From the sequence record NC_048202.1: 50,865 nt of DNA. One strand, given 5' to 3'. The stretch comes from Escherichia phage vB_EcoS_swan01. Below are positions 1 through 11,100 of this stretch, piece by piece. Numbering within the stretch: the stretch's first letter is position 1; each line of letters starts with the position of its first letter. Below the pieces are notes generated by a model that saw only the letters and a list, made by a program, of their open reading frames with translations, made no database searches and was not told the DNA's origin. The position numbers were made by a program, and so were the translations under genes.

Positions 1-127
1 CAAAAAGCATCAACCTTGCCCACACTGCGGCGGTAAGGATCGTTTTAGATGGACTGATAAGCTAAATGAAGAGGGCGACGGCGGCGCGATCTGCAACGTG
101 TGCGGCAACGACACGGGGATCGGTTGG
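1..127. repeat. terminal direct repeat, identical to 50739..50865
   Basis: exact 127-bp duplication of window start and end. Confidence 0.9.
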
Positions 128-817
128 TTAATGAAATTAACTGGCGAACCTTACAGCGAGGCCATCAACATTTTGGGCCGCTTCCTCGGAAAAGTGCCAC
201 AAGATTACAGGATCAGAGCAAACAAACGCGCTTCGCGTTCTTCTGGTTACTCGTTCGGGAAACAGGCAAGTCATGAATGTTGCGAAAAAGTGATGGAAAA
301 AACATTAAAATTCGATCGCACACCTTTAAGCGTTTATGAGGGGATATATCCGCCGGAAGATTGTCATTATGATTGCGGCGTCAAGGATGGTCGATACATT
401 CACGCGCTACCTTGTCACCTGGTGCATGATGACGGGCTGGATGATGAAATGTGTAACGTGCTTTTCATTGATGAGGATGGAAAGGATTGGTTTTTAGCTC
501 GCGACTACACGCGCGGATCTGTTGTTAAAACAGGTAGTACAGATAAGACGATCTATTTGTGCCTTGATTGGGTTGATTCTCAGCATGTTCATTTATCAAC
601 TGGTCAAGAGGTGTGGGCCTGTTTTACTCCTTCAAATCTTGAAATGGTTGCGCATAGATATAAAGGAGAAAGAAGAATGCGCGTAGTCTGCCGGAAAGAT
701 GATCGTGATGTGATAATCGCGGCAGAGGAAAGAGGGCTTGACATAATGATGCCTGTTAACGATAATTTTAAACAGGGAGTAGAAAGAAAACTCTACAAGC
801 CCGAATCACTGCTATAA
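2..817 (+). CDS. primase-like protein, C-terminal part (continues from 50626..50865 across the terminal duplication)
   Basis: Frame is continuous with the ORF starting at ATG 50626 when 1-127 is superimposed on 50739-50865; N-terminus carries a CPHCGG...CNVCGN zinc-ribbon typical of primase Zn-binding domains; followed by hairpin plus T-run terminator. Confidence 0.6.
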   Translation, partial: KKHQPCPHCGGKDRFRWTDKLNEEGDGGAICNVCGNDTGIGWLMKLTGEPYSEAINILGRFLGKVPQDYRIRANKRASRSSGYSFGKQASHECCEKVMEKTLKFDRTPLSVYEGIYPPEDCHYDCGVKDGRYIHALPCHLVHDDGLDDEMCNVLFIDEDGKDWFLARDYTRGSVVKTGSTDKTIYLCLDWVDSQHVHLSTGQEVWACFTPSNLEMVAHRYKGERRMRVVCRKDDRDVIIAAEERGLDIMMPVNDNFKQGVERKLYKPESLL

Positions 818-833
818 AACTCCGCTAGTATTG

Positions 834-858
834 CCCCGCTTATGCGGGGTTTTTTTTT
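834..858 (+). terminator. rho-independent terminator
   Basis: ccccgc-ttat-gcgggg stem-loop followed by T9. Confidence 0.7.
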
Positions 859-889
859 GCACTTGGAAATGCTATTATCTGCATTGTCA

Positions 890-909
890 TTAGCAAAAAG
901 TGCTATTTA
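890..909 (-). promoter_or_regulatory. conserved phage motif copy, inverted relative to the downstream tail fiber gene
   Basis: TTAGCAAAAAGTGCTATTTA on + strand directly abutting the AGGAGG RBS of the tail fiber gene; no -10-like hexamer at the canonical spacing on either strand. Confidence 0.5.
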
Positions 910-923
910 GGAGGATTTTACAA

Positions 924-2903
924 ATGGCGATTTACAGACAAGGCCAAGCGTCTATGGACGCGCAAGGTTATGTAACTGGTTACGGTACAAAATGGCGTGA
1001 GCAATTAACATTGATTCGCCCAGGCGCAACTATTTTCTTTCTTGCTCAACCTTTGCAAGCTGCTGTGATTACAGAAGTGATTAGCGATACAAGCATTCGC
1101 GCAATTACTACTGGCGGCGCGGTAGTCCAGAAGACAAATTACCTGATCTTGCTTCATGACTCGTTAACGGTTGACGGTCTTGCGCAAGACGTAGCGGAAA
1201 CGCTGCGTTATTACCAGGGGAAGGAATCGGAGTTTGCTGGATTTATTGAGATCATCAAGGATTTTGATTGGGATAAGCTACAGAAGATCCAGGAAGACGT
1301 AAAGACAAATGCTGACGCAGCAGCAGCAAGCCAGCAGGCAGCTAAAACCAGCGAGAATAACGCGAAGACAAGCGCAACAAATGCAGCGAATAGCAAGAAA
1401 GGTGCTGATACTGCAAAGGCTGCCGCTGAATCCGCGCGCGACGCTGCAAACACTGCAAAGACTGGCGCTGAAGCAGCAAAGTCTGGCGCTGAATCCGCTC
1501 GTGACGCTGCGAACACTGCAAAGGCAGGAGCTGAAAGTGCGCGAGATCAAGCGGAGGAATACGCAAAGCAGGCGGCAGAACCTTACAAGGACTTATTGCA
1601 ACCGTTGCCGGACGTGTGGATACCATTTAATGACTCCCTGGATATGATTACCGGATTCTCGCCGTCATACAAAAAGATTGTTATAGGTGACGATGAGATC
1701 ACGATGCCAGGTGACAAGATAGTTAAGTTTAAACGAGCATCAACCGCTACTTACATTAATAAGTCTGGGGTGCTTACTAATGCTGCTATTGATGAACCTA
1801 GATTTGAAAAGGATGGTCTGCTCATTGAGGGGCAAAGAACAAACCTTCTTATAAATAGTACCAATCCTTCAAAATGGAACAAGTCATCAAATATGATCTT
1901 AGATAGATCAGGTGTAGATGATTTCGGATTCCAGTACGCAAAATTTACATTAAAACCAGAAATGGTAGGACAAACTTCAGCGATTAACATAGTAACCGTT
2001 TCCGGCAGTAGAGGTTTTGATGTAACAGGAAATGAAAAGTATGTAACCATATCATGCAGGGCGCAAAGTGGGACTCCAAATTTAAGATGCCGATTACGAT
2101 TTGAAAACTACGATGGATCTGCTTATGCATTTTTGGGTGATGCTTACGTAAATCTGACAGATTTATCAATTGAAAAAACTGGCGGCGCTGCAAATCGTAT
2201 TACTGCAAGGGCTGTTAAAGATGAAGCAAGCAAATGGATTTTCTTTGAGGCAACAATTAAAGCGCTTGATACAGAAAATATGATCGGTGCAATGGTGCAG
2301 TATGCACCAGCAAAAGATGGAGGGGGCACTGGTGCAGATGATTATATTTATATTGCTACCCCTCAAGTTGAAGGAGGTGTGTGCGCTTCATCGTTTATTA
2401 TTACAGAAGCGACTCCAGTAACACGGGCAAGCGATATGGTGACAATCCCAATCAAGAATAACCTTTATAATCTTCCTTTTACTGTTCTTTGTGAGGTACA
2501 TAAGAACTGGTATATAACGCCAAATGCTGCGCCTCGTGTTTTCGATACTGGAGGTCATCAATCTGGTGCGGCAATTATTCTTGCTTTCGGATCTGCTGAT
2601 GGCGATAATGATGGATTCCCTTATTGCGATATAGGTAAATCAAACAGAAGGGTTAACGAGAATGCGAAACTAAAAAAGATGATCATAGGAATGAGAGTAA
2701 AGAGTGATTACAATACTTGTTGTGTAAGTAATGCCAGAATATCAAGCGAAACAAAAACGGAATGGAGATATATAGTATCAACGGCTACTATAAGGATTGG
2801 CGGACAAACAAGTACAGGCGAACGCCATCTTTTCGGTCACGTTAGAAACTTCCGTATATGGCACAAGGCACTAACAGATCATCAATTGGGGGAAATTGTA
2901 TAA
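924..2903 (+). CDS. tail fiber protein
   Basis: 660-aa ORF with Ala-rich coiled-coil repeats (AESARDAANTAK x2) and a beta-rich C-terminal half; strong RBS; ATG at 924 inside track ORF 900..2903. Confidence 0.7.
   Translation: MAIYRQGQASMDAQGYVTGYGTKWREQLTLIRPGATIFFLAQPLQAAVITEVISDTSIRAITTGGAVVQKTNYLILLHDSLTVDGLAQDVAETLRYYQGKESEFAGFIEIIKDFDWDKLQKIQEDVKTNADAAAASQQAAKTSENNAKTSATNAANSKKGADTAKAAAESARDAANTAKTGAEAAKSGAESARDAANTAKAGAESARDQAEEYAKQAAEPYKDLLQPLPDVWIPFNDSLDMITGFSPSYKKIVIGDDEITMPGDKIVKFKRASTATYINKSGVLTNAAIDEPRFEKDGLLIEGQRTNLLINSTNPSKWNKSSNMILDRSGVDDFGFQYAKFTLKPEMVGQTSAINIVTVSGSRGFDVTGNEKYVTISCRAQSGTPNLRCRLRFENYDGSAYAFLGDAYVNLTDLSIEKTGGAANRITARAVKDEASKWIFFEATIKALDTENMIGAMVQYAPAKDGGGTGADDYIYIATPQVEGGVCASSFIITEATPVTRASDMVTIPIKNNLYNLPFTVLCEVHKNWYITPNAAPRVFDTGGHQSGAAIILAFGSADGDNDGFPYCDIGKSNRRVNENAKLKKMIIGMRVKSDYNTCCVSNARISSETKTEWRYIVSTATIRIGGQTSTGERHLFGHVRNFRIWHKALTDHQLGEIV
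1425..1523 (+). repeat. in-frame tandem coding repeat within tail fiber gene
   Basis: two near-identical ~36-bp units gctgaatccgc(g/t)cg(c/t)gacgctgc(a/g)aacactgcaaag separated by 27 bp. Confidence 0.6.
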
Positions 2904-3181
2904 TGCGTGATTTAACACTGAAATTTGTAGACAAGGCGGAGTTTTCCGCCTTTCTGGAAGAAATTGAATGGAACGAAAACGAATCCATTCAGGATGCAAT
3001 CCTGCTCGATGTAATCGGCAATACTTACACAGTAATTGCACGATCTGACGATGGCGATGAGATTGCGCGAAAGAACGACGGCTATTTCGTCAATGTGCGA
3101 ATCATTGATGATAAGTTTGATGCCGTAATTTTTAATGGATACGTGGCTGAGTTAGATCAGCCTATTAGAGAATGGGCTTAA
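2903..3181 (+). CDS. hypothetical protein
   Basis: ATG overlaps tail fiber stop (TAATG); 92 aa. Confidence 0.5.
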   Translation: MRDLTLKFVDKAEFSAFLEEIEWNENESIQDAILLDVIGNTYTVIARSDDGDEIARKNDGYFVNVRIIDDKFDAVIFNGYVAELDQPIREWA

Positions 3182-3193
3182 GGAGTTAGGAAA

Positions 3194-3868
3194 ATGGCTA
3201 CAGTCACTGTTATACCTAGTGATATAACGAAGCTGAAAAGTGATGTTTCGACACTAAAACAGGATGTCGCAGGAAAAGCATCAACTACTGATGTTGACAA
3301 TAAGTTGAAGCTGTATCTAAAACAAACTGATCTATCATCCGAGTTGGGTAGCGGAAGGTATAGTGGGAGTTTTTACCCCCTAACTGGTAACGATGCATTT
3401 TATTTATTTAATCTTAACACAACCGCTCAATCAGCAAACTTATGGCTTGATCCAAATGCTGGAGTTTCGCAAGTTTTACGCTCCACTTCCTCTTCTCGTT
3501 ATAAGCGCAGCGTAGAATCGGTTATTGATGAATATGCGGATCTGATGCTTGAAATTCGTCCTGTTTGGTATCGGTCAACTTGTGAAAGCGACCGTAAAGA
3601 TTGGGGATGGTACGGGCTAATCGCGGAAGAGGTTGGAGAAATTGCGCCGGAGTACGTTCACTGGCGACCGCTGCAAGAAGGAGAAGATCCTGCCATTGCT
3701 TCAAGTAATGGCATGGTGGCGGAAGGCGTTATGTATGACCGCCTCACTGTTCCACTGATTCACCACGTTAAGAAACTGAAAGCGGAAAACGATGAGATGA
3801 GAAAAGAAATTGACGAGCTAAAAGCGGTTGTAGAGGCACTGGTAAACAAACCAACCACGTTAGACTAA
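3194..3868 (+). CDS. tail fiber-like protein with C-terminal intramolecular chaperone (peptidase S74-like) domain
   Basis: SSSRYKRSVESV...WGWYGLIAEEV motif resembles the autoproteolytic chaperone domain of endosialidase/L-shaped tail fibers, plus a C-terminal coiled coil; RBS AGGAG. Confidence 0.55.
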   Translation: MATVTVIPSDITKLKSDVSTLKQDVAGKASTTDVDNKLKLYLKQTDLSSELGSGRYSGSFYPLTGNDAFYLFNLNTTAQSANLWLDPNAGVSQVLRSTSSSRYKRSVESVIDEYADLMLEIRPVWYRSTCESDRKDWGWYGLIAEEVGEIAPEYVHWRPLQEGEDPAIASSNGMVAEGVMYDRLTVPLIHHVKKLKAENDEMRKEIDELKAVVEALVNKPTTLD

Positions 3869-3896
3869 AAAAGCCCCGCATATGCGGGGCTTTTTG
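3866..3896. terminator. bidirectional rho-independent terminator between convergent genes
   Basis: gccccgca-tat-tgcggggc hairpin flanked by A-run and T-run. Confidence 0.7.
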
Positions 3897-3899
3897 TTA

Positions 3900-4352
3900 T
3901 TAGAATGGTATATCATCGTCAAAGTCAATCGGCGGCTGATTGCTTTGCTGCGGCTGCTGTTGAGTATTTTGTTGCTGTTGCTGTTGTGGTTGCCCCCATC
4001 CTCCTTGCGTTCGCTGCTGATATTGTTGCTGGCTTTCACCTCTCTGGCTAAATAGCAAGTTTGCAAATCCGCCAGGTTGCACGGTACTGTAAATCTTTCC
4101 GTTGTATTCTCGCGTTTCAACTCGCAAGGTATCGCAGGAAACAGAAATAACCTTGCCCACCTGGAACGCCTCAGCATACCAACCATTCAGGCCGTCTGTT
4201 TTCGCGTTAAAGAAAAACACATAGTTTGTATACTGCCAATTTCCTTCTCGGTCTTTGTATCGTTCGGAAAGCTCAATAACATATAGCGTGCTGCCGTTAG
4301 GCATTTGCTTTACTTTTGGCTCTTTTCGAATCTCACCTGTAATAACGTGCAT
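3900..4352 (-). CDS. ssb: single-stranded DNA-binding protein
   Basis: OB-fold-like core, Gln/Gly-rich linker and acidic C-terminal tail ending DFDDDIPF; start at MHVITGE with AGGAG RBS. Confidence 0.85.
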   Translation of the reverse strand: MHVITGEIRKEPKVKQMPNGSTLYVIELSERYKDREGNWQYTNYVFFFNAKTDGLNGWYAEAFQVGKVISVSCDTLRVETREYNGKIYSTVQPGGFANLLFSQRGESQQQYQQRTQGGWGQPQQQQQQNTQQQPQQSNQPPIDFDDDIPF

Positions 4353-4395
4353 TTTGTTTTCTCCTATGACAAAAGGGGCGCAAGCGCCCCGTTTA

Positions 4396-5052
<657 letters not shown>

Positions 5053-5310
5053 TTATTCCTTCTCGCTTTCAAGCATTTTAATAAATTCTTCTGTTGATTC
5101 AGCAACCAACCTCTCGCGCTCTTTGTTTCCCTTGCTCATCGTTGCAACAAGGATAACGTTGTCAATGGATGCAACCACGTCCTTGATGTAAGTCTTCATT
5201 TCTTCCGACTCTTTAATGTTCATCGGCTTAATAAATTCTTTCATTGCAATGGTTACTCGATCAATGAATCGTTCTAAATGCAATAATGTGGCATTGTCTT
5301 TGTCTGTCAT
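5053..5310 (-). CDS. hypothetical protein
   Basis: 85-aa ORF tightly packed between exonuclease and Erf. Confidence 0.5.
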   Translation of the reverse strand: MTDKDNATLLHLERFIDRVTIAMKEFIKPMNIKESEEMKTYIKDVVASIDNVILVATMSKGNKERERLVAESTEEFIKMLESEKE

Positions 5311-5385
5311 TTCTCATTCTCCCGTTATCTGGCTGTCGAATTATATCACCAACCATTATAAAAGTTTAGCTATTTGTTTAGTTTG

Positions 5386-6441
5386 TTATAGATACTGCCT
5401 GAATTGAGCGCGTACCCAATCAGGAGTATCAAGATCAATTTCCGGTTGCCCGTTTGCATACGAAGGCCATTCGTCTAACTGCTGGCAAACGTTGAACTTG
5501 TTGATCACGCTCATGTACTGGATTCGCCCGATCTTCAATTGCTCAATATTCATTCGGAAAGCAAGCGGCAAGTAAGGCTCTTTCTTCTCCTGCGCAAGCA
5601 ATCTTACAATTACTGGCCTTTCCTCGTCTGGATACGCCTTTTTGAATAAGTCATGTTGCAAAGCCATTTTAAGATAATAGCCGTGATTGTAAGCCAGGCG
5701 CTGGAAGTCAACCGGATTTGCGCTAACCGTTGTTTTGTAGTCAGTGATAATCACCGCTTCTGGATAGGTTACTTCTTCATAAATCGGCCTGCCTTTTTCG
5801 TCGTAACCGTTAATGATTGTTGCCTTTACATCCTTGTTTACGTCAACGTGATCAAGACGCACTTTTACTTTTACGCCGTTGATGATCCCAAATATTGACA
5901 TTTCACGCTGCGCGGTTGGGCTGTTCATGCAAGCGTTATGCTCCGGTATGGCCTCAAGTACGCGCCGCATCGCTACACAGGCATCATAATCTTTAGCGTC
6001 TATTAACTGCACTCCGTCCGCTGCGGCCTGGCATTCTGCCATCATTTCGATAAGCCACCACACATTGAGATCCTCGCCGCACTTGTACAGCATTTCCAGT
6101 AATTCAGGGTATTGTTTACCCGTTGTACCTTTCAGGCCAAAAGATTTCAGCTTTGATGCTAACGCCGTTTGACTAGTGATCAGGTCTTTAAAATCATCCT
6201 GCGACGGTGCGCGGCGATATGTTTTTTCGAATAGCTCCTTGCTTTCAAAGTTGGTATGCGACTGCGTACCGAAAACAAGTGCTTTAGTTTCCTGGCGCGG
6301 CTTGTACTTCCAGTACGCCGGGCAAGTGCTGTAAATCTCAGCTAGGCTGGAACCGCTGACATATTCAGCCGTCCACGCGTTAGGATCATGATAAAGCTCG
6401 TTGCTCATTTCTTCGCTAGTGTAGGCGTTAAAATCACTCAT
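5386..6441 (-). CDS. recombination exonuclease (PD-(D/E)XK-type)
   Basis: 351-aa ORF with D...DYK nuclease-like motif (VIITDYKTT); first gene of the leftward recombination operon. Confidence 0.55.
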   Translation of the reverse strand: MSDFNAYTSEEMSNELYHDPNAWTAEYVSGSSLAEIYSTCPAYWKYKPRQETKALVFGTQSHTNFESKELFEKTYRRAPSQDDFKDLITSQTALASKLKSFGLKGTTGKQYPELLEMLYKCGEDLNVWWLIEMMAECQAAADGVQLIDAKDYDACVAMRRVLEAIPEHNACMNSPTAQREMSIFGIINGVKVKVRLDHVDVNKDVKATIINGYDEKGRPIYEEVTYPEAVIITDYKTTVSANPVDFQRLAYNHGYYLKMALQHDLFKKAYPDEERPVIVRLLAQEKKEPYLPLAFRMNIEQLKIGRIQYMSVINKFNVCQQLDEWPSYANGQPEIDLDTPDWVRAQFRQYL

Positions 6442-6471
6442 CTTTAATGCTCCTTGTTGCTTTATGCGTGC

Positions 6472-6499
6472 ATTGTAGCCATTTGGTTGATTTAGTCAA
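6472..6499 (-). promoter_or_regulatory. sigma70-like promoter (TTGACT-N16-TACAAT) for the exonuclease/Erf/SSB operon
   Basis: near-consensus -35 and -10 hexamers read on the minus strand about 30 nt upstream of the exonuclease start. Confidence 0.5.
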
Positions 6500-6639
6500 T
6501 AGCTGTTTTGTTTTTTCTGTTTTCTAAACGTTCTCATATGGCAAGAAAACAGATTTGACTCATAAGTTAATGATTAATGTGTGTTATTTTTCTTGTTCCC
6601 ATGTTCTCTCAGATACGCCGGATTATATACATACACATG

Positions 6640-6800
6640 AATGATGGCACATACAGATACTCAGAAAGAAAAATCACCACAAACAACCAAAACCACAAGA
6701 AACGCAGATAACAAGAAAAAACAAATATACATACATAAATAAATAAACTATTGATTTTATATGTATATATCTATTTTATTGATTGTTTATTGATCTTATG
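6640..6800. repeat. AT/CA-rich intergenic element, related to the one at ~36790-36960
   Basis: shared strings such as cacaaacaacc...aacaa(a)aag and ataaataaataa; TTATTGAT repeats; sits in a ~500-bp non-coding strand-switch region. Confidence 0.5.
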
Positions 6801-6866
6801 TTGTCTAAATTTTGCGCTAAATTTACGCCGTCTTAAATTCGATAACACCGGAAAACAAAAAATAAC

Positions 6867-6911
6867 AAATAGCACTTTTTGCTAAACGCGATGCCCAAGA
6901 TCGTGTATAGT
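6867..6911 (+). promoter_or_regulatory. motif promoter-like element (AAATAGCACTTTTTGCTAAA, ~21 nt spacer, TATAGT)
   Basis: conserved motif plus -10-like hexamer about 30 nt upstream of the lipoprotein gene ATG. Confidence 0.55.
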
Positions 6912-6942
6912 TGCATCCAACAACAACTAAGGAGTATTGAAG

Positions 6943-7212
6943 ATGAAAAAGTTAATCGCAGTTATCGCCACTGTAGCCGCTCTGACAGGATGCGCAGCGT
7001 CGCCTACTGGCAACTTCAAGGAGATCGATTGCACGGCAAAATTTAACGTTAAAACATTCCCTGTTAACGGATTCCATGAAGTCAAAATTAATGCAGTCCG
7101 CGAAAACAGATTCAGCCAAAAGCAATACAGGTTGAGCGTTGACAATAAAGAAGTTAAATTTATCAACCGTTGGCAAAATGAAAGTAAATTTATTGATTTG
7201 AGGTGTAATTAA
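6943..7212 (+). CDS. lipoprotein, candidate superinfection-exclusion protein (Cor/Llp-like)
   Basis: signal peptide with lipobox LTGC, about 89 aa, AAGGAG RBS. Confidence 0.55.
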   Translation: MKKLIAVIATVAALTGCAASPTGNFKEIDCTAKFNVKTFPVNGFHEVKINAVRENRFSQKQYRLSVDNKEVKFINRWQNESKFIDLRCN

Positions 7213-7490
7213 TGGCGCAATATGGTTATGCAATATATGACGATCGAGGAAGGGAAGTTACAGGACTTTTAACGCCTGTTTTCTTCCTTGATAAATTCAC
7301 TCAGCCATCAGGTAGCAAGACTTACCAAAACAGGCCGCCAGGTAAATCATTGAAAGCAATATATGTTGGCATGAATTCCTGGCGTGGTGGCGACCCTGGC
7401 GCACCAAACTTAGGGGTGAGTGGCGACACCGTTACATGGAGTGGGCTTTCTGGATCTGATTCAAGATATATATATACTTTTTGGGGGTGA
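7212..7490 (+). CDS. hypothetical protein
   Basis: ATG overlaps upstream stop (TAATG). Confidence 0.45.
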   Translation: MAQYGYAIYDDRGREVTGLLTPVFFLDKFTQPSGSKTYQNRPPGKSLKAIYVGMNSWRGGDPGAPNLGVSGDTVTWSGLSGSDSRYIYTFWG

Positions 7491-7492
7491 TA

Positions 7493-8107
7493 ATGTACGG
7501 GATGAGTATAAAAAAATCAGACGGATCGTTATGGTTAAGTCCAGATTTCACTCCAGTTAATCTAATTGATCGGGCTGTAATATCTGCTAATACCGGAACC
7601 GTTTTTACTTCGTCAATTCCTGTTGATAGGGTATGTTTTTTCTTTGTTAGATTGACCGCTAAATCATACATATCATTCACGCAATTTAACAATGGTGGAA
7701 GGCACGCAATAAGACTTGATAGATCTGATAATCAGGGTGAGGTTATTGTTTATGCTTTTAGTAATATGGTTACTCCACCAGGTAGTCACGGCATAGCGTT
7801 TTATAATGCTCATGGTGAAATGGTTTATCATGGAAAAATGAGGCCGCTAGATGCAAAGCAAGTAGGCGTAAGCGGGATCGCATTTGATGTTAACATGGGC
7901 TATCCTTGCGCCATAATGCCATCACTGACAGCATTAAACTCTGTTCCTAATCCGGCTTTAGGTGGATTCATGATTTTTGAGTCTCAAGCTGCCGCGTATG
8001 GTAACGGGATCTACTCTTTTTCTAGGCAGGTTGCACAAACTCCTGGACCTGTTGGTATTTACACCGCTTCATCTGTTTTGGTTATAAATGCATCACACTA
8101 TGATTAA
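7493..8107 (+). CDS. hypothetical protein
   Basis: 204-aa ORF, GGGGTGA RBS, ends at a bidirectional terminator. Confidence 0.5.
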   Translation: MYGMSIKKSDGSLWLSPDFTPVNLIDRAVISANTGTVFTSSIPVDRVCFFFVRLTAKSYISFTQFNNGGRHAIRLDRSDNQGEVIVYAFSNMVTPPGSHGIAFYNAHGEMVYHGKMRPLDAKQVGVSGIAFDVNMGYPCAIMPSLTALNSVPNPALGGFMIFESQAAAYGNGIYSFSRQVAQTPGPVGIYTASSVLVINASHYD

Positions 8108-8111
8108 AATT

Positions 8112-8138
8112 AAAGGGGGCTATGCCCCCTTTTTTTTT
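8112..8138. terminator. bidirectional rho-independent terminator
   Basis: gggggc-tat-gccccc hairpin flanked by A- and T-runs between convergent genes. Confidence 0.7.
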
Positions 8139-11100
8139 ACCAGCTTCCGGTAATCCTTCCGACTTCAACCCTCAATACTCCGTTTGCATCTTTTACCTTC
8201 AATCCCTCATTGGTGAATTTAGTAGCTCCTTCTCCTGGCGTTGATCCGTAATTCTCAAAGATTCCGTTTTTATCAAGCCTCCATCCTTGCTGGTTTTGAA
8301 CAAAGTTGTTTGACTGAATCACATTACCAATCATCGCATTAGTGATTGAACCGTTCTTCACCAAAAGACTATTAATGAAAACCTGATTATTCTCAACCAC
8401 GAAAGGCAAAGTAAAAGTCCCTCCAGTAGAGCTAGTCATAATGGCGAACCTGTTAGCATCAAACAAAATTTGCGAGATAAGGCCGGATGAACCCTGCGAA
8501 AGCTGCATCACCATTCCTGCGCTGTATTGCTGGCCTTTGTAAGTAAGGCCAAGTTTCATAGCGTATTTAGCGCCAACTGAATCAACGCTCGCCCAAGAAT
8601 CCAACTTTTCAACCAATGCAGATTCAACGTCGCCAAATCGTGCTGTTAATGCCTGGTCAGCCTGAACCCTTGCCTCTGTCTCATTGGCGATCGCCTGTTT
8701 CACTTCTGAGATGTTAGCCTCGACTTCTGTTTTGATAACTCCGTCAAGGTCGTTTATCTCTTTCGTGAACTTAGCGTCAAGCTGCTGAACGGCCTGAGCG
8801 CGCGCTTCTGACTCGTTAGTGATTGTCTGCCTTACATCGCTAATGCTTGCAGAAGTATCCTTGCGCACGCCGTCGATTTCTTTTGTGAATTTAGAATCAA
8901 GCTGCTGAATTTGAGTCGCTCGCGTCTCTGATTCAGTGGCAATTGCCTCCTGCACTGTCTTGATGCTTGATGTTATCTCGCCATCAATTGAAGCCCTTAA
9001 CTCTTCGATTTGAGTTACGCGCGCTTCTGTTTCATTGGCGATAAGCTCAAGAGCATGACCATATTCAGCCTTACGCTTTCCGTTTTGTACTCGCGTCCAC
9101 TTCACATCAGCATCGTTTGCCAATGCGTTCTGGATGATTGATTGCGCCTGGTCTTTGATTTTGTTGGCACTGTCTATGGCGTTCTCTTTGATTTCTTGAC
9201 CAGCTTCTGTATCAAAAATCTTGTCCAGAATGTCGCCCAAAACAGATTCAACGTCATCTGACGCCATGCCACGAACAAAGTCAGTCCAGCTTGAAACGTT
9301 GCCTATTCTGTCAACGCTGCGGATTCTATACCATACAACTTGCCCCGCTGGTAACGTGCTATGCCAATACTCATATTGAGGATATGGAATCAGCGTAAGC
9401 AAACTTGAGTTTTCCACCGTTCCGTCTGGCGATTGGTGAAGCTCAATGTAAGCCGTATCGCCTGATCCTTCCGGCATACCCCATTTGACACGAATGCCAA
9501 AAACTTCATTATCAGAAGCAGTAAGGTTTATCGGTGCTCCTGGCTCGCCAACTTTACCTGTCAGAGTAGCAGTAACAATCTTTGACCACGGGGAAGTGTT
9601 ACCGCTTGCAGAAACAGATCTCACCCTTACTTGGTAGTTGCCAGAATAAATTCCTTCTACCTCTATCTCTTTGTTAGCGGTCTGCGGCGTATTCAGCCAG
9701 TTACCATCACCTTTTCGCCACTGCATTTCATAAAGCGATGCGTAAGGAACCTTATCCCATGAAACAACCATAGTCTCAACGCTAACACCCTGCACGACGC
9801 GAGAATAAGATGAGATCTTAACGTTCTCAGGCGCTGCCATCACGTCAGGCTGAACAATTGAAGTAGGTCTGTCATCAATGTTTACTCCATAATCAATCTC
9901 GTCGTATTTGTTCGGATCGTACTCTACAGCCGTGATTGAATAGGTAAACTCGTTTTCGTCATCACCCTTGCTGATGGTTGTCACAACGTATTGCTGCAAC
10001 GCAAGATCAGTACGGTCAATCGCAAAAACAGTATCAGGCTTAACATCAAAACCAAATCCAATATTTAACTCAATGGTTTTTCCGTCTGCGCTAACCTTTG
10101 AGATCGTGCGCTTAACTGGCTTGCCGTCCGGCTTGTTGATGATAATAAAATCACCAGGGCGAGCATCAACCTTAAACGGAACGAAAACCTGCAGCCCTGA
10201 AACTTCCATTACTCGGCCCGATAGGTTTAACGTTAGGTTGCTACTCTGAAAATTATCAGCGATAGCAATAACATCACCTATTGATGGAATCATCCCCTCT
10301 AGTCCGGTAGCAAAGTTTACAGTAGTGCTTCTAAGGTTTGTTTTCAAAACCCAACGACCGCGACGATTCGCTTCGCTCCTGCGCGTGCACCCGATCGCTG
10401 TAATGCTTGTTGGGTTGTATCCAAATCGTAATGCCGCCTCAGTATCAAAAACCCCCTCTACGTCCTGCTGATACATGTTTTGTTCGTCGTCAAACGTCAC
10501 GTTACACTGCGTGTACATGCTTTTTTCGCTTGCGTTTGTGTACTGAAAATCACCGTTGATGACGTTTTCATTAGTAAACACGTATGATGGATCGCGCGGC
10601 TTATCAATCACGATTGATAAGCTCTCACCATTCCAAAAACTCATTCCGCGAAAGATTGAGCAAATGTCACGGATTAGCTGATAAGCCTCAACTTGATTCT
10701 GAATCACCACATCGCATAGGTAGCGAGGCTCAGTGCCGCCTTTACCGTCTGGAACTTTCTGATCGCAGTAAACGCCAGCCTCGTATAAGCTCCACTTGTC
10801 GATCTGTATTCCTAACTCTCGCTGATCAAGTCCATAACGCTGATTTGTCACCAGATCATAAAGAACCCAAGCAGGATTATTTGACCACGCTTTTTTAAAA
10901 GTCCCATCCCATGACCCGTGATATTCTCTTGATATTGGATCATAGTTGCTTGGCACATTAATAATCTTCCATTTCTTTTTTATAGAAATGTTAGGGATTT
11001 GCGTAGGAAACAATTCGCTGTCAAATTCTACGAATACAAGTCCAGTCAGAGGATAGCGGAATTTTGCATCAACAACCTCAGCGTAACTTTGCAGCTTGAT

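Noticed and set aside
1211-2366. Several 60-110 aa ORFs antisense to, or in alternative frames within, the tail fiber gene
   Set aside because: They are embedded in a long, well-supported coding frame, are low-complexity (Ala/Cys/Ser/Leu-rich from the repeat region) and lack ribosome-binding sites
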